DNA from: Eledone cirrhosa | Taxonomy: Eukaryota | Direction of reading: 5' to 3' | NCBI GenBank assembly: GCA_964016885.1 | Contig: OZ024748.1 | Coordinates: forward strand, 47,740,001 to 47,804,000 | DNA length: 64,000 nucleotides | Shown: piece by piece, positions 41,112-54,967 of the stretch | Numbering within the stretch: position 1 is the first letter of the stretch | How the letters are laid out: each line of letters begins with the position of its first letter | The notes under the pieces: model-generated | Told to the model about the DNA's origin: nothing | Databases searched by the model: none | Seen by the model: only the letters and a program-made list of their open reading frames with translations | Translations under genes and position numbers: made by a program

Positions 41112-41493
41112 ATGTATGTATGTATGTATATATATATATATAACGAAGGAATTGTTGTAAGGAACCAGATGGACCATAACGCACCAGAGTACTCAATACT
41201 TATGGTAGTAGAGCTCAAGCCGTTTCGACGGCTATTTCTATATATATATATATGTATGTATGTATATGTGTAAAAATGAATGTATATCAATATTGAAAAT
41301 ATCGACTCACTGTACTATAACTGCTCAATATAAATTGGGTGTAAAAATACCCAAAACAGAGCAACCTCATACAGATAATGTTATGAATACAACATTTCTA
41401 TTGTCTTGTCAAAAATAAACCTAAAATTAAGCAAAACATTACAAATATAACTTTCATTCCATTGGCAATGTATAGTTCTAAATATGTATATAG

Positions 41494-41534
<41 letters not shown>

Positions 41535-41581
41535 AACAGTTCTTTGAGAAAACAACACAATACTTCGGGAATGGGCATATA

Positions 41582-41644
<63 letters not shown>

Positions 41645-41892
41645 TACCACTTCTTTGAGAAACACGATATATTGGGAATGGGCATATCAAAAGCATCGAA
41701 ATAACGAAGGTAAACTATGTTCGATCATTATGTTTTTCTGTTTTTTTTTCTGTTTAAGCTCTAGCTGTCTGATGAGGTCATAGCTATTGAATAATGGTCA
41801 TTACCAAAATATATATATAACAATGAATATGAATAAGCGAAGTTAATTTTAACCAGTTGACTTACACTTCTGGTTATATATATATATATATA

Positions 41893-42624
41893 TTATTAGG
41901 GTAAACATTGATGCAATTCAATTCAAGCACTCAACGTACTTTTTCCACATAGGAGTGACGGAGTAAATATCGAATAAGGAAAAGCGAAGTAGTTTCAGAT
42001 GTTGAAGTCCTTTAATAATAATTGTTTCTACTTTAGGCACAAGGCCAGCAAATACCCAGTGCATTACTGGTACTTTATTTTATCGACCCCGTAAGGATGA
42101 AAGGCAAAGTCAACCTCGGCGGGATTTGAACTCAGATCGTAAAGGGACGTAACTATGCTGGAAAGCATGGCGTCCCTGTGATATATATTTCAGTGACGAC
42201 ACTGGCCACACTGTTCTGTGTGCGAGTGTCGTGTCATCATCAGACAGCTTGTTACATAATAAGGTTATGTTTCCGAGGCAATCCAAATTGGATCGACATG
42301 GGAACGGATGAATTGCGTGTTTTGGGGGTTTTCATCCTCTCCCTTGTGAGTACCAATTCACCTCCACCGGCCTGCGCAAGCGCATGTCCGAAGGAAGTTG
42401 ACCATTAGCCACCGCAGATTTCAACGAAATTCGCTTAGTCAGTTCACCCCCTCTGTCGATCCAATTTGGATTGCCTCGGAAACATAACCTTATTATGTAA
42501 CAAGCTGTCTGATGATGAAACGACACTCGCACACAGAACAGTGTGGCCAGTGTCGTCACTGAAATATATATCACAGCATTATTATTAAAGGACTTGAACA
42601 TCTGAAACTACTTCGCTTTTCCTT

Positions 42625-42628
<4 letters not shown>
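41893..42628. mobile_element. Fold-back pLTR element (family G) with a SINE A inserted in its left arm
   Basis: 41972-42021 plus 42176-42298 pair with 42454-42628. SINE at 42022-42175. Related fragment at 60550-60660. Confidence 0.8.
42504..42577 (+). ncRNA. Type I hammerhead ribozyme (mirror copy 42176-42248 minus)
   Basis: GCTGT-CTGATGA-[TGA..ACGACACT..CACAC/GTGTG..AGTGTCGTCA]-CT-GAAA-TATATA-TC^ACAGC. Confidence 0.7.
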
Positions 42629-42687
<59 letters not shown>

Positions 42688-42910
42688 TGCGATCCTGTTA
42701 ATTACTGGTACCAATATGAGCTCTCAATGTGTAGTTGTCTTTTCTCGTATGTAATTTGTGGTTGTACTAAGCAGATTGTAATAATTATTTAAGCAAACAG
42801 AAGTCTGACGGCGGAAACGAATAATATTTGTAACATTTACTTCTGCGTTTGTTTTCCGGGTTTCAATCAGGGGTAACCACAGTAAGTAAGGTACTCAATA
42901 CATAATAGAG

Positions 42911-42946
<36 letters not shown>

Positions 42947-43059
42947 ATCTATGTTTATACACACACATTTATATACACAATAAACTAAATTCATGTAAAC
43001 GAAAGTTCATTTCTCTTAATATACGTATATATAAGCATACATATACTCACGCACACACC

Positions 43060-43104
<45 letters not shown>

Positions 43105-43338
43105 GTGTGCGTAATCTATGTTTATACACACACACGTGTATATACATAATAAAAATATACAGAAAGGGATCAACAAAATAATAAAATAATACATCTTATA
43201 AAATGTCAGAATGAGAAATTTCATGTTTTAGTATTTTTCTGATCTTGTCGAACATTTCAAATTGAGGATTTCATCTGCCAAAAACATCTTATTTCTCTCT
43301 CTCTCTCGCTCTCCTGTTCTCTGCCTCTCTGTCCTTCA

Positions 43339-43444
<106 letters not shown>

Positions 43445-44406
43445 GTTCTCTGCCTCTCCGTCCTTCACACTCTCTCCCTCTCTCTTGCTTGCTCTATTCC
43501 ATTGTACCAGTAACAATGCTACATTCTCAGACACTGGGAATCAGTGATCAAACCTGTAGTTTAACATAGAATAACATTCTGACGAATTAAAGATTCTACA
43601 AGTATATTTCTTTATTGTCCATCCCAAACCACATTGCAACCACCGACAACCTTGCTTCCCTCTGCACAATCTTTCCTTCAAATATTTTCTTTCTTTGCAA
43701 CAGACAGGAATTACAAGACCAAAATTCCTTAAATCTTTTGCAGAATATCCCGAGGATTAACTTGTTTTTTCTCATAATTTAGACATTCCTAACTTGATTT
43801 GCATATTGTCTGGGATTTATGTGGACAGTTTTCTAAGGGTTTATGTGAGTGTTTGTTTCTTTTCTTTTTTTTTTTTTTTGTAGGGTTTTCTAGAAGATAA
43901 AACGTTTGGAGGTTTTATGTGATTGTGGCAGTTTTATATGTGTACTTGGGAAAGGGAGCTTTGTGGAGAGGGTGTGGATCGATTTGTATGTATGTGTGGG
44001 TTGCTATGAAATCAGGACGTTTATATGGCTATTTTTGCAAAGAGAAGTTTGTGGGGATGAGAGTTTTAAAAAGGGGTCTTTCGGTTTTTTGTTTTTAAAT
44101 TTTGTTCTGCTCCACCCCAACTCATTCTCTAAGATTTTATGCAACTCAAAATTTTGTCATAACTCCTGACATTGATGTAACTTTTCTCATAATACAAGAT
44201 TTATAACTTAAGTTTTCGGAGATTTTGTAGGATTTTTTTTTAATTTCCATGTTTTTATTTGTTATTTAACTTTACCATTCCAACATTTGTTACTGTAAGT
44301 TACAGACTTTAAGAAGATTTCTCCCCACCCTTTTCAAAACTGAGATTAGTGACTGTTTTATGAGTTTTCTACAGATATTGGTTTTACCAACGATGTGTTC
44401 AGATCT

Positions 44407-44760
44407 TACGAGGGTCAGCTGAAATCTTCATAGGCAAAAAAGTTCATACGCTGACCAAGATACTTTCATGGAATGACCAAATGTGGGCTACTTTTCAACA
44501 TAGTCCCTGGAAACTAACAATGTAATTATCAAGAAGAAGAGTTTAAATTAATGCAAGATTTCACAGCTCTAGCATCACTCCTTCATAGATTGACCAAGAT
44601 ACTCTCATGGAAAAACCATACGAGGTTTATTTTTAAACATAGTCCCTGGAAAAAAACAATGCAATTATTAATAAGAGTTGAAATTAATGCATGCAAGATT
44701 TCACAGCTCTAGCATTACTCCTTCATAGTCAGCCTGTAGACTTTTCAACCAGCCCCCGTA
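44407..44760. mobile_element. Mariner-like MITE with internal ~137-bp duplication
   Basis: Imperfect TIRs TA|CGAGGGTCAGCTGAAA and TTTCAACCAGCCCCCG|TA with TA TSD. TGACCAAGATACT...CTCCTTCATAG occurs twice. Confidence 0.6.
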
Positions 44761-44831
44761 GTCTTGTTCACAACAATGTTTACTGAACTAAGTCTTGTTG
44801 AGAGTGGGATTTGATTGCCTATTATTAGCCA

Positions 44832-45035
44832 ATGGATATTGGTTAAGCATTAGACAATATGCTTCACAACATAGAGCTACGGCCCTTTACATTCTGAGTT
44901 CAAATCCTGAGGAGGTTACCTTTGCCTTTCATCCATACAGGGTTGATAAAATAAAGTACCAGTAATGCACTGGGTCAATTTAATCGACTTTCCTCTTCCC
45001 AAAAAATTGTTGGCCTTGTGCCTAAATCAGAAACC
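44832..45035 (+). mobile_element. SINE family A, older copy
   Basis: B box GAGTTCAAATCC, core and GGCCTTGTGCC tail. Confidence 0.7.
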
Positions 45036-45259
45036 CTTATTTGTCCATGAACAAAAGCGTGGTGTAGAGTAAAAGTGCATCCCCCTACGGGCAGGAGTCA
45101 GGGCTTGCTGGGGTGGGTGGTATTGTAGGAATAGTGTGCGGAGATGGCGGTAGTGTGGAGGAGTGATGTTAGTCGGGTGGTGGTAGTGGTGAGTGTGGTT
45201 ATGTATGTGTATGGAGTGGTGATAATGTGTAGAGTGGGTGAGAGATTATATCTACAGAA

Positions 45260-45930
45260 TGCTGTGTGTTTGTGTTTGTGTGTGTGTGTGTGTGTGTATA
45301 GGTAAGTTGTTATGTGTGTATGGAATGCAATGTGTGTGTGTGTGTGTGTGTGGATAGGTAAGTGGTTATGTGTGTATGGAATGAAACGTGTGTATGTGTG
45401 TGTATGTGTGTGTGTGTGTATAGGTAAGTGGTTACGTGTGTATGGAATGCAACGTGTGTATGTGTGTGTGTACAGAATGCAGTGTGTGTATTGGTGAGTG
45501 GTTGTGTGTGTACAGAATGCAGTGTGTGTGTATTGGTGAGTGGGTGTGTGTGTACAGAATGAAGTATGTGTGTATTTGTGAGTTGTTGTGTGTGTACAAA
45601 ATGCAGTGTGTGTGTATTGGTGAGTGGTTGTGTGTGTGCAGAATGCAGTGTGTGTGTATTGGTGAGTGGGTGTGTGTGTACAGAATGCAGTGTGTGTATT
45701 GGTGAGTGGTTGTGTGTACAGAATGCAGTGTGTGTGTGTATTGGTGAGTGGTTGTGTGTACAGAATGAAGTATGTGTGTATTGGTGAGTGGTTGTGTGTG
45801 TACAGAATGCAGTGTGTGTGTATTGGTAAGTGGTTATGTGTGTACAGAATGTAGTGGGTGTATATTGGTGAGTGGTTGTGTGTGTACAGAATGTAGTGGG
45901 TGTATATTGGTGAGTGGTTGTGTGTGTACG
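45260..45930. repeat. TACAGAATGCAGTGTG..TATTGGTGAGTGG minisatellite
   Basis: Units of ~40 bp. Confidence 0.9.
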
Positions 45931-46191
45931 AAGTGCAGTGGGCTCCCTTCCCCAACCAAAATGCATGTCTTTTGTTCATTCTGTCAACGATACCAATATT
46001 ACTTTAGCGCCAAAGGATAAAATCAATATTCAATTTCCTCTCAGACTTCTAGAAAGAATTCTTTGCTACATGGAAACACCAATTTCCATTTTATTTATAT
46101 AACACACACATGCACATACATTCGAAAAAAACACACACACACTATATATATATACACACACACACATGCCCTTACACTCCAATTACACATA

Positions 46192-46248
<57 letters not shown>

Positions 46249-46457
46249 CACACACGCACATACATACATACATATGCACTATTCACATTACTAATCAGCT
46301 GTTTTCCAATGTACCAATGCCACCCACCACATGCTAAGCTGTTGAACCTGTCAGTTCCACTGGTGAGTGCTCCAGTTCAATTCATTCAAATGAACAGCCA
46401 GCTCATGAAATTAACTTGCAAGTGGCTGAGCATTCCACAGATATGTGATACTATGTG

Positions 46458-46980
46458 GAGGTGCATGGCCTAGCGGTAATGGTGTTGGACATACAATCAT
46501 AATGTCATGGGTTCGATTGCTGGGGTGGGGTGCGTGTTGTATTCTTGAGCAAGACACTTCATTTCATGTTGCTCCAGTATACTCAACTGAAAATGAGTAC
46601 CAGTAATAGCTGGAGGTTTAATCCTGCATGGACTGGTGTCCTGTCCAGGGGAAATCTTGTACTCTCAGTCGCTTTATGCCATGAAACCGGGATAAGCACC
46701 GGCCTTTAATGGCTTAGACAGACTATGTGTGAAAAGGCTGGGCCCTTGGTGGTAAGAAACTCTCGAGAGAGCTAGATAGCAGTAGTCTTCAGAGAAGAAG
46801 CCCCACTCCTATTTCAAGCAAGTGTTTCGCCCTTGGTCTACCTTGCTTTTACCAGCTGAATGGACTAGAACAACATGAAATAAAGTGTCTTGCTCAAGAA
46901 CACAAAGTGGCACCCTGTCAAGGAATCAAACTCACAACCTTACAATCGTGAGCCCACCACTCTAACCATTAAGCCACACT
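46458..46980. mobile_element. Two SINE family B-related copies
   Basis: 46458-46730 (+) with TGGCCTAGCGG/GGTTCGATT boxes and CTTGAGCAAGACACTT; 46850-46980 (-). Confidence 0.65.
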
Positions 46981-47057
46981 CCTTCACTACACACACACAT
47001 ATACACTATACACATACTGCAGCCATATATATATATATACTATACATATACTGCAGC

Positions 47058-49620
47058 GTGGGGTATAGCCTGGTGAAGATATGTGGTGGGGTGGGGTATA
47101 GCCTGGTGAAGATATGTGGTGGGGTGGGGTATAGTCTGGTGAAGATGTGTGGTGGGGAGGGGTATAGTCTGGTGAAGATGTGTGGTGGGGTGGAGTGTAG
47201 TCTGGTGAAGATGTGTGGTGGAGTGGAGTGTAGTCTGGTGAAGATGTGTGGTGGGGTGGGGTATAGTCTGGTGAAGATGTGGGGTGGGGTATAGTCTGGT
47301 GAAGATATTTGATGGGGAGGGGTATAGTCTGGTGAAGATGTGTGCTGGGGTGGGGTATAGTCTGGTAAGATGTGTGGTGTGGTGGGGTATAGCCTGGTGA
47401 AGATGTGTGGTGGGGTGGGGTATAGCCTGGTGAAGATATGTGGTGGGGTGGGGTATAGTCTGGTGAAGATGTGTGCTGGGGTGGGGTATAGTCTGGTAAG
47501 ATGTGTGGTGTGGTGGGGTATAGCCTGGTGAAGATGTGTGGTGGGGTGGGGTATAGCCTCGTGAAGATGTGTGGTGGGGTGGGGTATAGTCTGGTGAAGA
47601 TGTGTGGTGGGGTGGGGTATAGCCTGGTGAAGATGTGTGGTGGGGTGGGGTATAGCCTGGTGAAGATGTGTGCTGGGGTGGGGTATAGTCTGGTGAAGAT
47701 GTGTGCTGGGGTGGGGTATAGCCTGGTGAAGATGTGTGGTGGGGTGGGGTATAGCCTGGTGAAGATGTGTGGTGGGGTGGGGTATAGCCTGGTGAAGATA
47801 TGTGGTGGGGTGGGGTATAGCCTGGTGAAGATGTGTGGTGGGGTGGGGTATAGCCTGGTGAAGATGTGTGGTGGGGTGGGGTATAGCCTGGTGAAGATAT
47901 GTGGTGGGGTGGGGTATAGCCTGGTGAAGATGTGTGGTGGGGTGGGGTATAGCCTGGTGAAGATGTGTGGTGGGGTGGGGTATAGCCTGGTGAAGATGTG
48001 TGGTGGGGTGGGGTATAGCCTGGTGAAGATGTGTGGTGGGGTGGGGTATAGCCTGGTGAAGATGTGTGGTGGGGTGGGGTATAGTCTGGTGAAAATGTGT
48101 GGTGGGGTGGGGTTTAGCCTGGTGAAGATATGTGGTGGGGTGGGGTAAAGCCTGGTGAAGATGTGTGGTGGGGTGGGGTATAGTCTGGTGAAGATGTGTG
48201 GTGGGGTGGAGTGTAGTCTGGTGAAGATGTGTGGTGGGGTGGGGTATAGTCTGGTGAAGATGTGTGGTGGGGTGGGGTATAGTCTGGTGAAGATATGTGG
48301 TGGGGTGGGGTATAGCCTGGTGAAGATGTGTGGTGGGGTGGGGTATAGCCTGGTGAAGATGTGTGGTGGGGTGGGGTATAGCCTGGTGAAGATGTGTGGT
48401 GGGGTAGGGTATAGCCTGGTGAAGATGTGTGGTGGGGTGGGGTATAGTCTGGTGAAGATGTGTGGTGGGGTGGGGTATAGCCTGGTGAAGATATGTGGTG
48501 GGGTGGGGTATAGCCTGGTGAAGATGTGTGGTGGGGTGGGGTATAGTCTGGTGAAGATGTGTGGTGGGGTGGAGTGTAGTCTGCTGAAGATGTGTGGTGG
48601 GGTGGGGTATAGTCTGGTGAAGATGTGTGGTGGGGTGGGGTATAGTCTGGTGAAGATATGTGGTGGGGTGGGGTATAGTCTGGTGAAGATGTGTGGTGGG
48701 GTGGGGTATAGTCTGGTGAAGATGTGTGGTGGGGTGGGGTATAGTCTGGTGAAGATGTGTGGTGGGGTGGGGTATTGCCTGTTGAAGATATGTGGTGGGG
48801 TGGGGTATAGTCTGGTGAAGATGTGTGGTGGGGTGGGGTATAGCCTGGTGAAGCTGTGTGGTGGGGTGGGGTATAGTCTGGTAAGATGTGTGGTGGGGTG
48901 GGGTATAGTCTGGTGAAGATGTGTGGTGGGGTGGGGTATAGTCTGGTGAAGATGTGTGGTGGGGTGGGGTATAGTCTGGTGAAGATGTGTGGTGGGTGGG
49001 GTATAGTCTGGTGAAGATGGAAGATGTGTGGTGGGGTGGGGTATAGTCTGGTGAAGATGTGGGGTGGGTATAGTCTGGTGAAGATGTGTGGTGGGGTGGG
49101 GTATAGTCTGGTGAAGATATGTGGTGGGGTGGGGTATAGTCTGGTGAAGATGTGTGGTGGGGTGGGGTATAGTCTGGTGAAGATATGTGGTGGGGTGGGG
49201 TATAGTCTGGTGAAGATATGTGGTGGGGAGGGGTATAGTCTGGTGAAGGTGTGTGGTGAGGAGAGGTATAGTCTGGTGAAGATATGTGGTGGGGTGGGGT
49301 ATAGTCTGGTGAAGATGTGTGGTGGGGTGGGGTATAGTCTGGTGAAGATGTGGGGTGGGGTATAGTCTGGTGAAGATATGTGGTGGGGAGGGGTATAGTC
49401 TGGTGAAGATGTGTGGTGGGGAGGGGTATAGTCTGGTGAAGATGTGTGGTGGGGTGGGGTATAGTCTGGTGAAGATGTGTGGTGGGGAGGGGTATAGTCT
49501 GGTGAAGATGTGTGGTGGGGTATAGTCTGGTGAAGATGTGTGGTGGGGTGGAGTGTAGTATGTGGTGTGGTGGGGTGGAGTGTAGTATGTGGTGTGGTGG
49601 GGTGGAGTGTAGTATGTGGT
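47058..49620. repeat. 33-bp G-rich minisatellite (~75 units)
   Basis: GGGTATAG(T/C)CTGGTGAAGATGTGTGGTGGGGTG repeated. Confidence 0.95.
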
Positions 49621-49780
49621 GTGGTGTATCTTATTTACACATCAATTCTTTCTGTATCTGTTTATTTTTCAATAACTTTACTTTTGAAGTAATTTCAGTT
49701 GGTCAAACAATTTTGGATTATTTAAAGAATGGAATGTTTACATTCTCTCTTTCTCTCTCTCTGTCTCTACACATATATAC

Positions 49781-49861
<81 letters not shown>

Positions 49862-50045
49862 GATAAATCTACCAAGAGTTTACGGTAGTGTCCAATCCGT
49901 ATGAAGAACTCAATGTATTCCGGATATCATGGAAAGAAGAGATGTAATGAAAAACACTTTCGGTGAAAGATAAACGGTATACAGAGTCAAGATAAAATAT
50001 TAAACAAATAATGAACAAACAATTCCTTATATTAAACAAAAAAAG

Positions 50046-50200
50046 TTCACTATTTAACGATCGTTTCTAGGGTATATATGTGTTATAATTGGTATGCATA
50101 TTCAACAGATCTATGTACAAAATTATACAAAATTATACAAATTATCAAGATTAAATATACATACCTAACACATATATACGCCGTCTTCAGAAATAATGAA
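50046..50200 (-). ncRNA. Hammerhead ribozyme (inverted arm copy)
   Basis: Reverse complement of 58638-58792. Confidence 0.65.
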
Positions 50201-51022
50201 GTATATTTATTGATAATAACAACAATTCAAAATATCAGTTCAAAATTGACCAATGAAAACACAAAGGGTTAAAAGCAGTTTGGTGTGTGTATATACATGT
50301 AAAATCCTTACACATATTTTACAATAATGTATGTATAATTTGTATGTGCATACTAAAAAGATGGATGCAAACACAAAATTTCAAGGTTAATATCTCTGTA
50401 AGCTTAATGCGCTGATAAGATGCGCAATGATACTTATGGAGTCAAGCATATAAATATTTTTTTTTTTCATACTCACACATATCAGTATAATCACACATAC
50501 ATGCGCGTATATGCATAAATATACACATAACCACGAACATACAAACACACACACTCCCCCACTCACATTTATATATGTGGATATAAAATCATAAGCAAAT
50601 AGAAATTAAGTCACTCACATAAAACACTGGCACACACATTTCAAGATTAAGATACAGAAATTAGGTGGGAGGGGGGGGAGGGGTCAGTATTAGATTGTCA
50701 GAGCAGACTGCCTAATATAAATGTATCTATAAATTAAGAAAAATAAAAAAATAAAAACAATAAAATATAATAAATATAATATAATGTACATACACATACA
50801 GATATACATACACATACATACATGTACGCGCACATAGAGATATTTACGCATACACACATACACACATACGTATACAGTCATACACACACATACACTTACA
50901 CGAACATACACATACACATATAAAAAGATATATATACACACACACACACGCGCAACACATACACACATACACATATATATAAAAAATAGATAATAAAGAT
51001 ATATATCCATATATATATATAT

Positions 51023-51079
<57 letters not shown>

Positions 51080-51170
51080 TATACACATACATACCCATAC
51101 ATCTAAATATACATACACATACATACACACATACATGTACATACATGTACATACATATACGCACATCGAT

Positions 51171-51224
<54 letters not shown>

Positions 51225-51564
51225 TCACATAGACATAAAGATACATACACACACAACTTACATACACACGCATATACATATATATATATATATATAGATG
51301 TACCTTCATACATAGAATTAGATATATAATCATACATACATATGCACCTACTTATACTCATATAAATAAATACATACGCTTCCATATATGTGTATACACA
51401 TAAAAAACAATACCACCTCACCAAACTCAGACATACAAATGAAAATAATAATAAAAAAACGCATATGTATATACATACACACACGCATTAATAGAGATAT
51501 ATATATATACACACATACATACACACACATATATATACATACACACACACATACATACACATAC

Positions 51565-51622
<58 letters not shown>

Positions 51623-51630
51623 CTAGACTC

Positions 51631-51661
<31 letters not shown>

Positions 51662-51945
51662 AACATATATATCCACACACTCATACCACCATAAATACAC
51701 ATACAAACACCCACATGTATATATATATATATATATCCACATACACACACGTATACATATATATATATATATATATACACATACATACATATATATACAC
51801 ACACATAAAAAACAGACATGCACATATATATATATATATATATATATTTCATTACCCTTATATATACACACAGTATATATACATACACAACCTCACTTAT
51901 ACACATATACACATAAGTTATATTACAATAATAATAAAGAATAAT

Positions 51946-51978
<33 letters not shown>

Positions 51979-52120
51979 CATATATATATATATATACATA
52001 CATACATACACAAACATACATACACACAAATATATACATACATAAATACACACATACGAATAAAGACATATATTCACACATAGACACCCATATACATATA
52101 TATATATATATATATATATC

Positions 52121-52168
<48 letters not shown>

Positions 52169-52780
52169 CACACACACACACACACACAGACACACATACA
52201 CACTCACATATATATATATATATATGTGTATGTGAGTGTGCGCACATACACATATATACACACACACATACAAACACACAAAAACACATACATATGCATA
52301 CGTGCACACACACACACATATATCACATAGATACGAAGATAAACATATAAATAGAGAGACATACAAATATATATACAACACATATACACATACATACATA
52401 CACGCATATACATATACATAGATATATACACATATATATATTCCTATATACAAGCATACACATACATACACATATATACATATACATACACATATACATA
52501 CCACACATTCACATACACATACATATATAATACATATATATACATATATATACATACATATGTATGTACAATCATATATACACACTCAATCTTACATTCA
52601 TATTTACATGCTCATATATGTATTTTTATATTTAGAAATAAATACCAAAACCTATATAGACACTCACCTACATATATATTCATACATATACGCTTACAAA
52701 TACAGATGATAATAGTATGGGGGAAAGGGGGGGTTTGGAGAAGGGGATCAAAGTAAATATATGTTTCAAGAAACATATAA

Positions 52781-54967
52781 TATAAAAAGTATAAATCCGT
52801 CTTTCAAAAGGACCTTGATTCTACCCTATTGGACCTAAAAAAGTCTAAAAAAATCCATGTCCACTCGGACAAAACTGGTAACTTGTATCATATGGATATT
52901 GAACATTATAATGAGTTCATATATAAAGAACTCAGAAAAAATTATAAAAAATCTAATAATGAATCACTCACCAACATCAACAACAAAACACACAACATAG
53001 TAAAAAAACTAAATATTGAAGATAGAACTGAACCTTTGGCATTGAAAAGACCACACTTCAACCTGAAAGATCACAAATCTAACTTTAACTCTAATCCTTC
53101 TATTAGACTTATATGTCCCTCCAAATCAGATATTGGAATAATTAGCAAAAAAATTTTAGATAGAGTCATCCCACAAATAAGAAAATACGTTATTTTACCA
53201 CTCTGGGAAAACACCTCCCAGGTAATTAATTGGTTTAAAAATATTAGGTGTAAATCTTCTGCTTCTTTCCTACAATTTGATATAGATAATTACTATTCTT
53301 CTATATCACCCATACTCCTGAACAAAGCATTAATATTTGCTAAAAATAGATCTAATTTAACTTCGGATGACATTAACATTATTACACATGCTAGACAAAC
53401 ACTTATTGAATTTCAGAATGAATACTGGACCAGAAACACATACAGTAATCTTTTTGATATTACTATGGGTTCAAGCGATTCCGCCCAAATTACTGATCTT
53501 GTGGGCCTCTTTCTCCTTTTCAACATAAATGCCTCTTTTCCCCACCTCAAAGGTGGTTTATATCGTGATGACTGTCTTCTTCTTTCTAACAACCTTAGCC
53601 TTTCAGAAATCGAAAAAAACAAAAAGCATATTAGAACTTTCCTTAAAGACTATTATAATCTTAATATTACTTTTGAAAAAACAAGTAAAGTAGTAAATTT
53701 CCTAGATATAACTTTAGATTTAGCTACGGGTATATACCAACCTTACCATAAACCTAACCAAAACTTACATTACATACACTCACAATCTAATCACCCTAAA
53801 TCTATCCTTAAAAACCTTGCATATAATATATCACTTAGAATTTCTAACCTTTCTTCTAACCAAGATGTATTTGATAAAAATGCGACCTTTTATAATGAAG
53901 CTCTAGATAGAAGTGGCCACAAAAATAGATTAGAGTATATACCTTCTACTAAAAATACTGAAAGCATACAGCATAATATTACCAACAAACACCAAATGAA
54001 AAGTACACACCTAAATGCCACCCACAATATACCCCAAAATACTAAATCTTCTAATATAAAGTATAGTAACCCTCAAAAAACTACTCATCATACAACTATA
54101 ATAAATATTAATAATAAAACTCCTAATAAAAAAGATAAAACACCTAAATCTACAAATATAACTAAAAATAGTTGTGGTGAGATCATTAACATTAATCCTC
54201 CTAGTAAAAATCATGATACAACATATAAAAATAATAAAAATAATAAACAACATAGAAACCGTAATAGACGAGTTACTTGGTATAATGCTCCTTTTAATTT
54301 ACAAGTTAAGGACAATATTGCTAAAAAATTTTTTTATATCCTTGAGAAAAACTTCCCGCCAAACCACAAATACCATCAAATCTTAAATAGGTCTACAGTT
54401 AAATTCTCATACTCTACAACAAATAACATAAAACAAAATATAAGTGCATATAATGCATATAAATGTAAGAAAACCATAAGTATACCACCAGTACATCAAA
54501 TTAACAATAATATCTCCTCAAATACAGAATTAACGAAAGGATGTAACTGTAGAAACAAAACAAACTGCCCATTAAAAGGGAATTGTCTTGTTAACAACAT
54601 AGTCTATAAATGTAATGTTAAAACTAAAGATTCTATTTGCTCATATATAGGAGCTACCTCTAACAATTTTAAGACAAGGTATAATACCCACAAACATAGC
54701 TTTAAAAATGCCGCACTGGCTAATACAACATCTCTAGCAGAAAAAATCAATAGTTATAAAAATAAAAATATAAAATATGATTTGACCTGGAGTGTGCTCA
54801 AAAGAGCCACCCCTTATCAAAATAATAGAAAGGAATGTAGATTATGTTCCCAAGAACTATTTGAAATAATGAAGTCTAGGGATATCTTATTAAATAAACG
54901 ACAGGAATTAATTATATCGTGTAATCATAAACTAAAAAAAACATTTAAATATTATAAACCTAATTAA
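52781..54967 (+). CDS. Penelope-like reverse transcriptase plus GIY-YIG endonuclease (5'-truncated)
   Basis: SDKTGNLY, QFDIDNYYSSI, MGSSDS, LYRDDCL, NFLDITL; CNCRNKTNCPL, IVYKC, SYIGAT, FKTRYNTH, CRLC, LNKRQEL, CNH (Naiad-like Cys motifs). The frame is open from the inversion junction and has no native start. Confidence 0.93.
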   Translation, partial: YKKYKSVFQKDLDSTLLDLKKSKKIHVHSDKTGNLYHMDIEHYNEFIYKELRKNYKKSNNESLTNINNKTHNIVKKLNIEDRTEPLALKRPHFNLKDHKSNFNSNPSIRLICPSKSDIGIISKKILDRVIPQIRKYVILPLWENTSQVINWFKNIRCKSSASFLQFDIDNYYSSISPILLNKALIFAKNRSNLTSDDINIITHARQTLIEFQNEYWTRNTYSNLFDITMGSSDSAQITDLVGLFLLFNINASFPHLKGGLYRDDCLLLSNNLSLSEIEKNKKHIRTFLKDYYNLNITFEKTSKVVNFLDITLDLATGIYQPYHKPNQNLHYIHSQSNHPKSILKNLAYNISLRISNLSSNQDVFDKNATFYNEALDRSGHKNRLEYIPSTKNTESIQHNITNKHQMKSTHLNATHNIPQNTKSSNIKYSNPQKTTHHTTIININNKTPNKKDKTPKSTNITKNSCGEIININPPSKNHDTTYKNNKNNKQHRNRNRRVTWYNAPFNLQVKDNIAKKFFYILEKNFPPNHKYHQILNRSTVKFSYSTTNNIKQNISAYNAYKCKKTISIPPVHQINNNISSNTELTKGCNCRNKTNCPLKGNCLVNNIVYKCNVKTKDSICSYIGATSNNFKTRYNTHKHSFKNAALANTTSLAEKINSYKNKNIKYDLTWSVLKRATPYQNNRKECRLCSQELFEIMKSRDILLNKRQELIISCNHKLKKTFKYYKPN

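Noticed and set aside
42795-42850. Hammerhead at CTGACGG..GAAAC
   Set aside because: The core deviates, there is no real stem II, and stem I is offset.
47501-49365. [11 protein letters not shown] repeat ORFs
   Set aside because: By-product of a 33-bp unit. The frame breaks repeatedly at indels and there is no unique coding flank.
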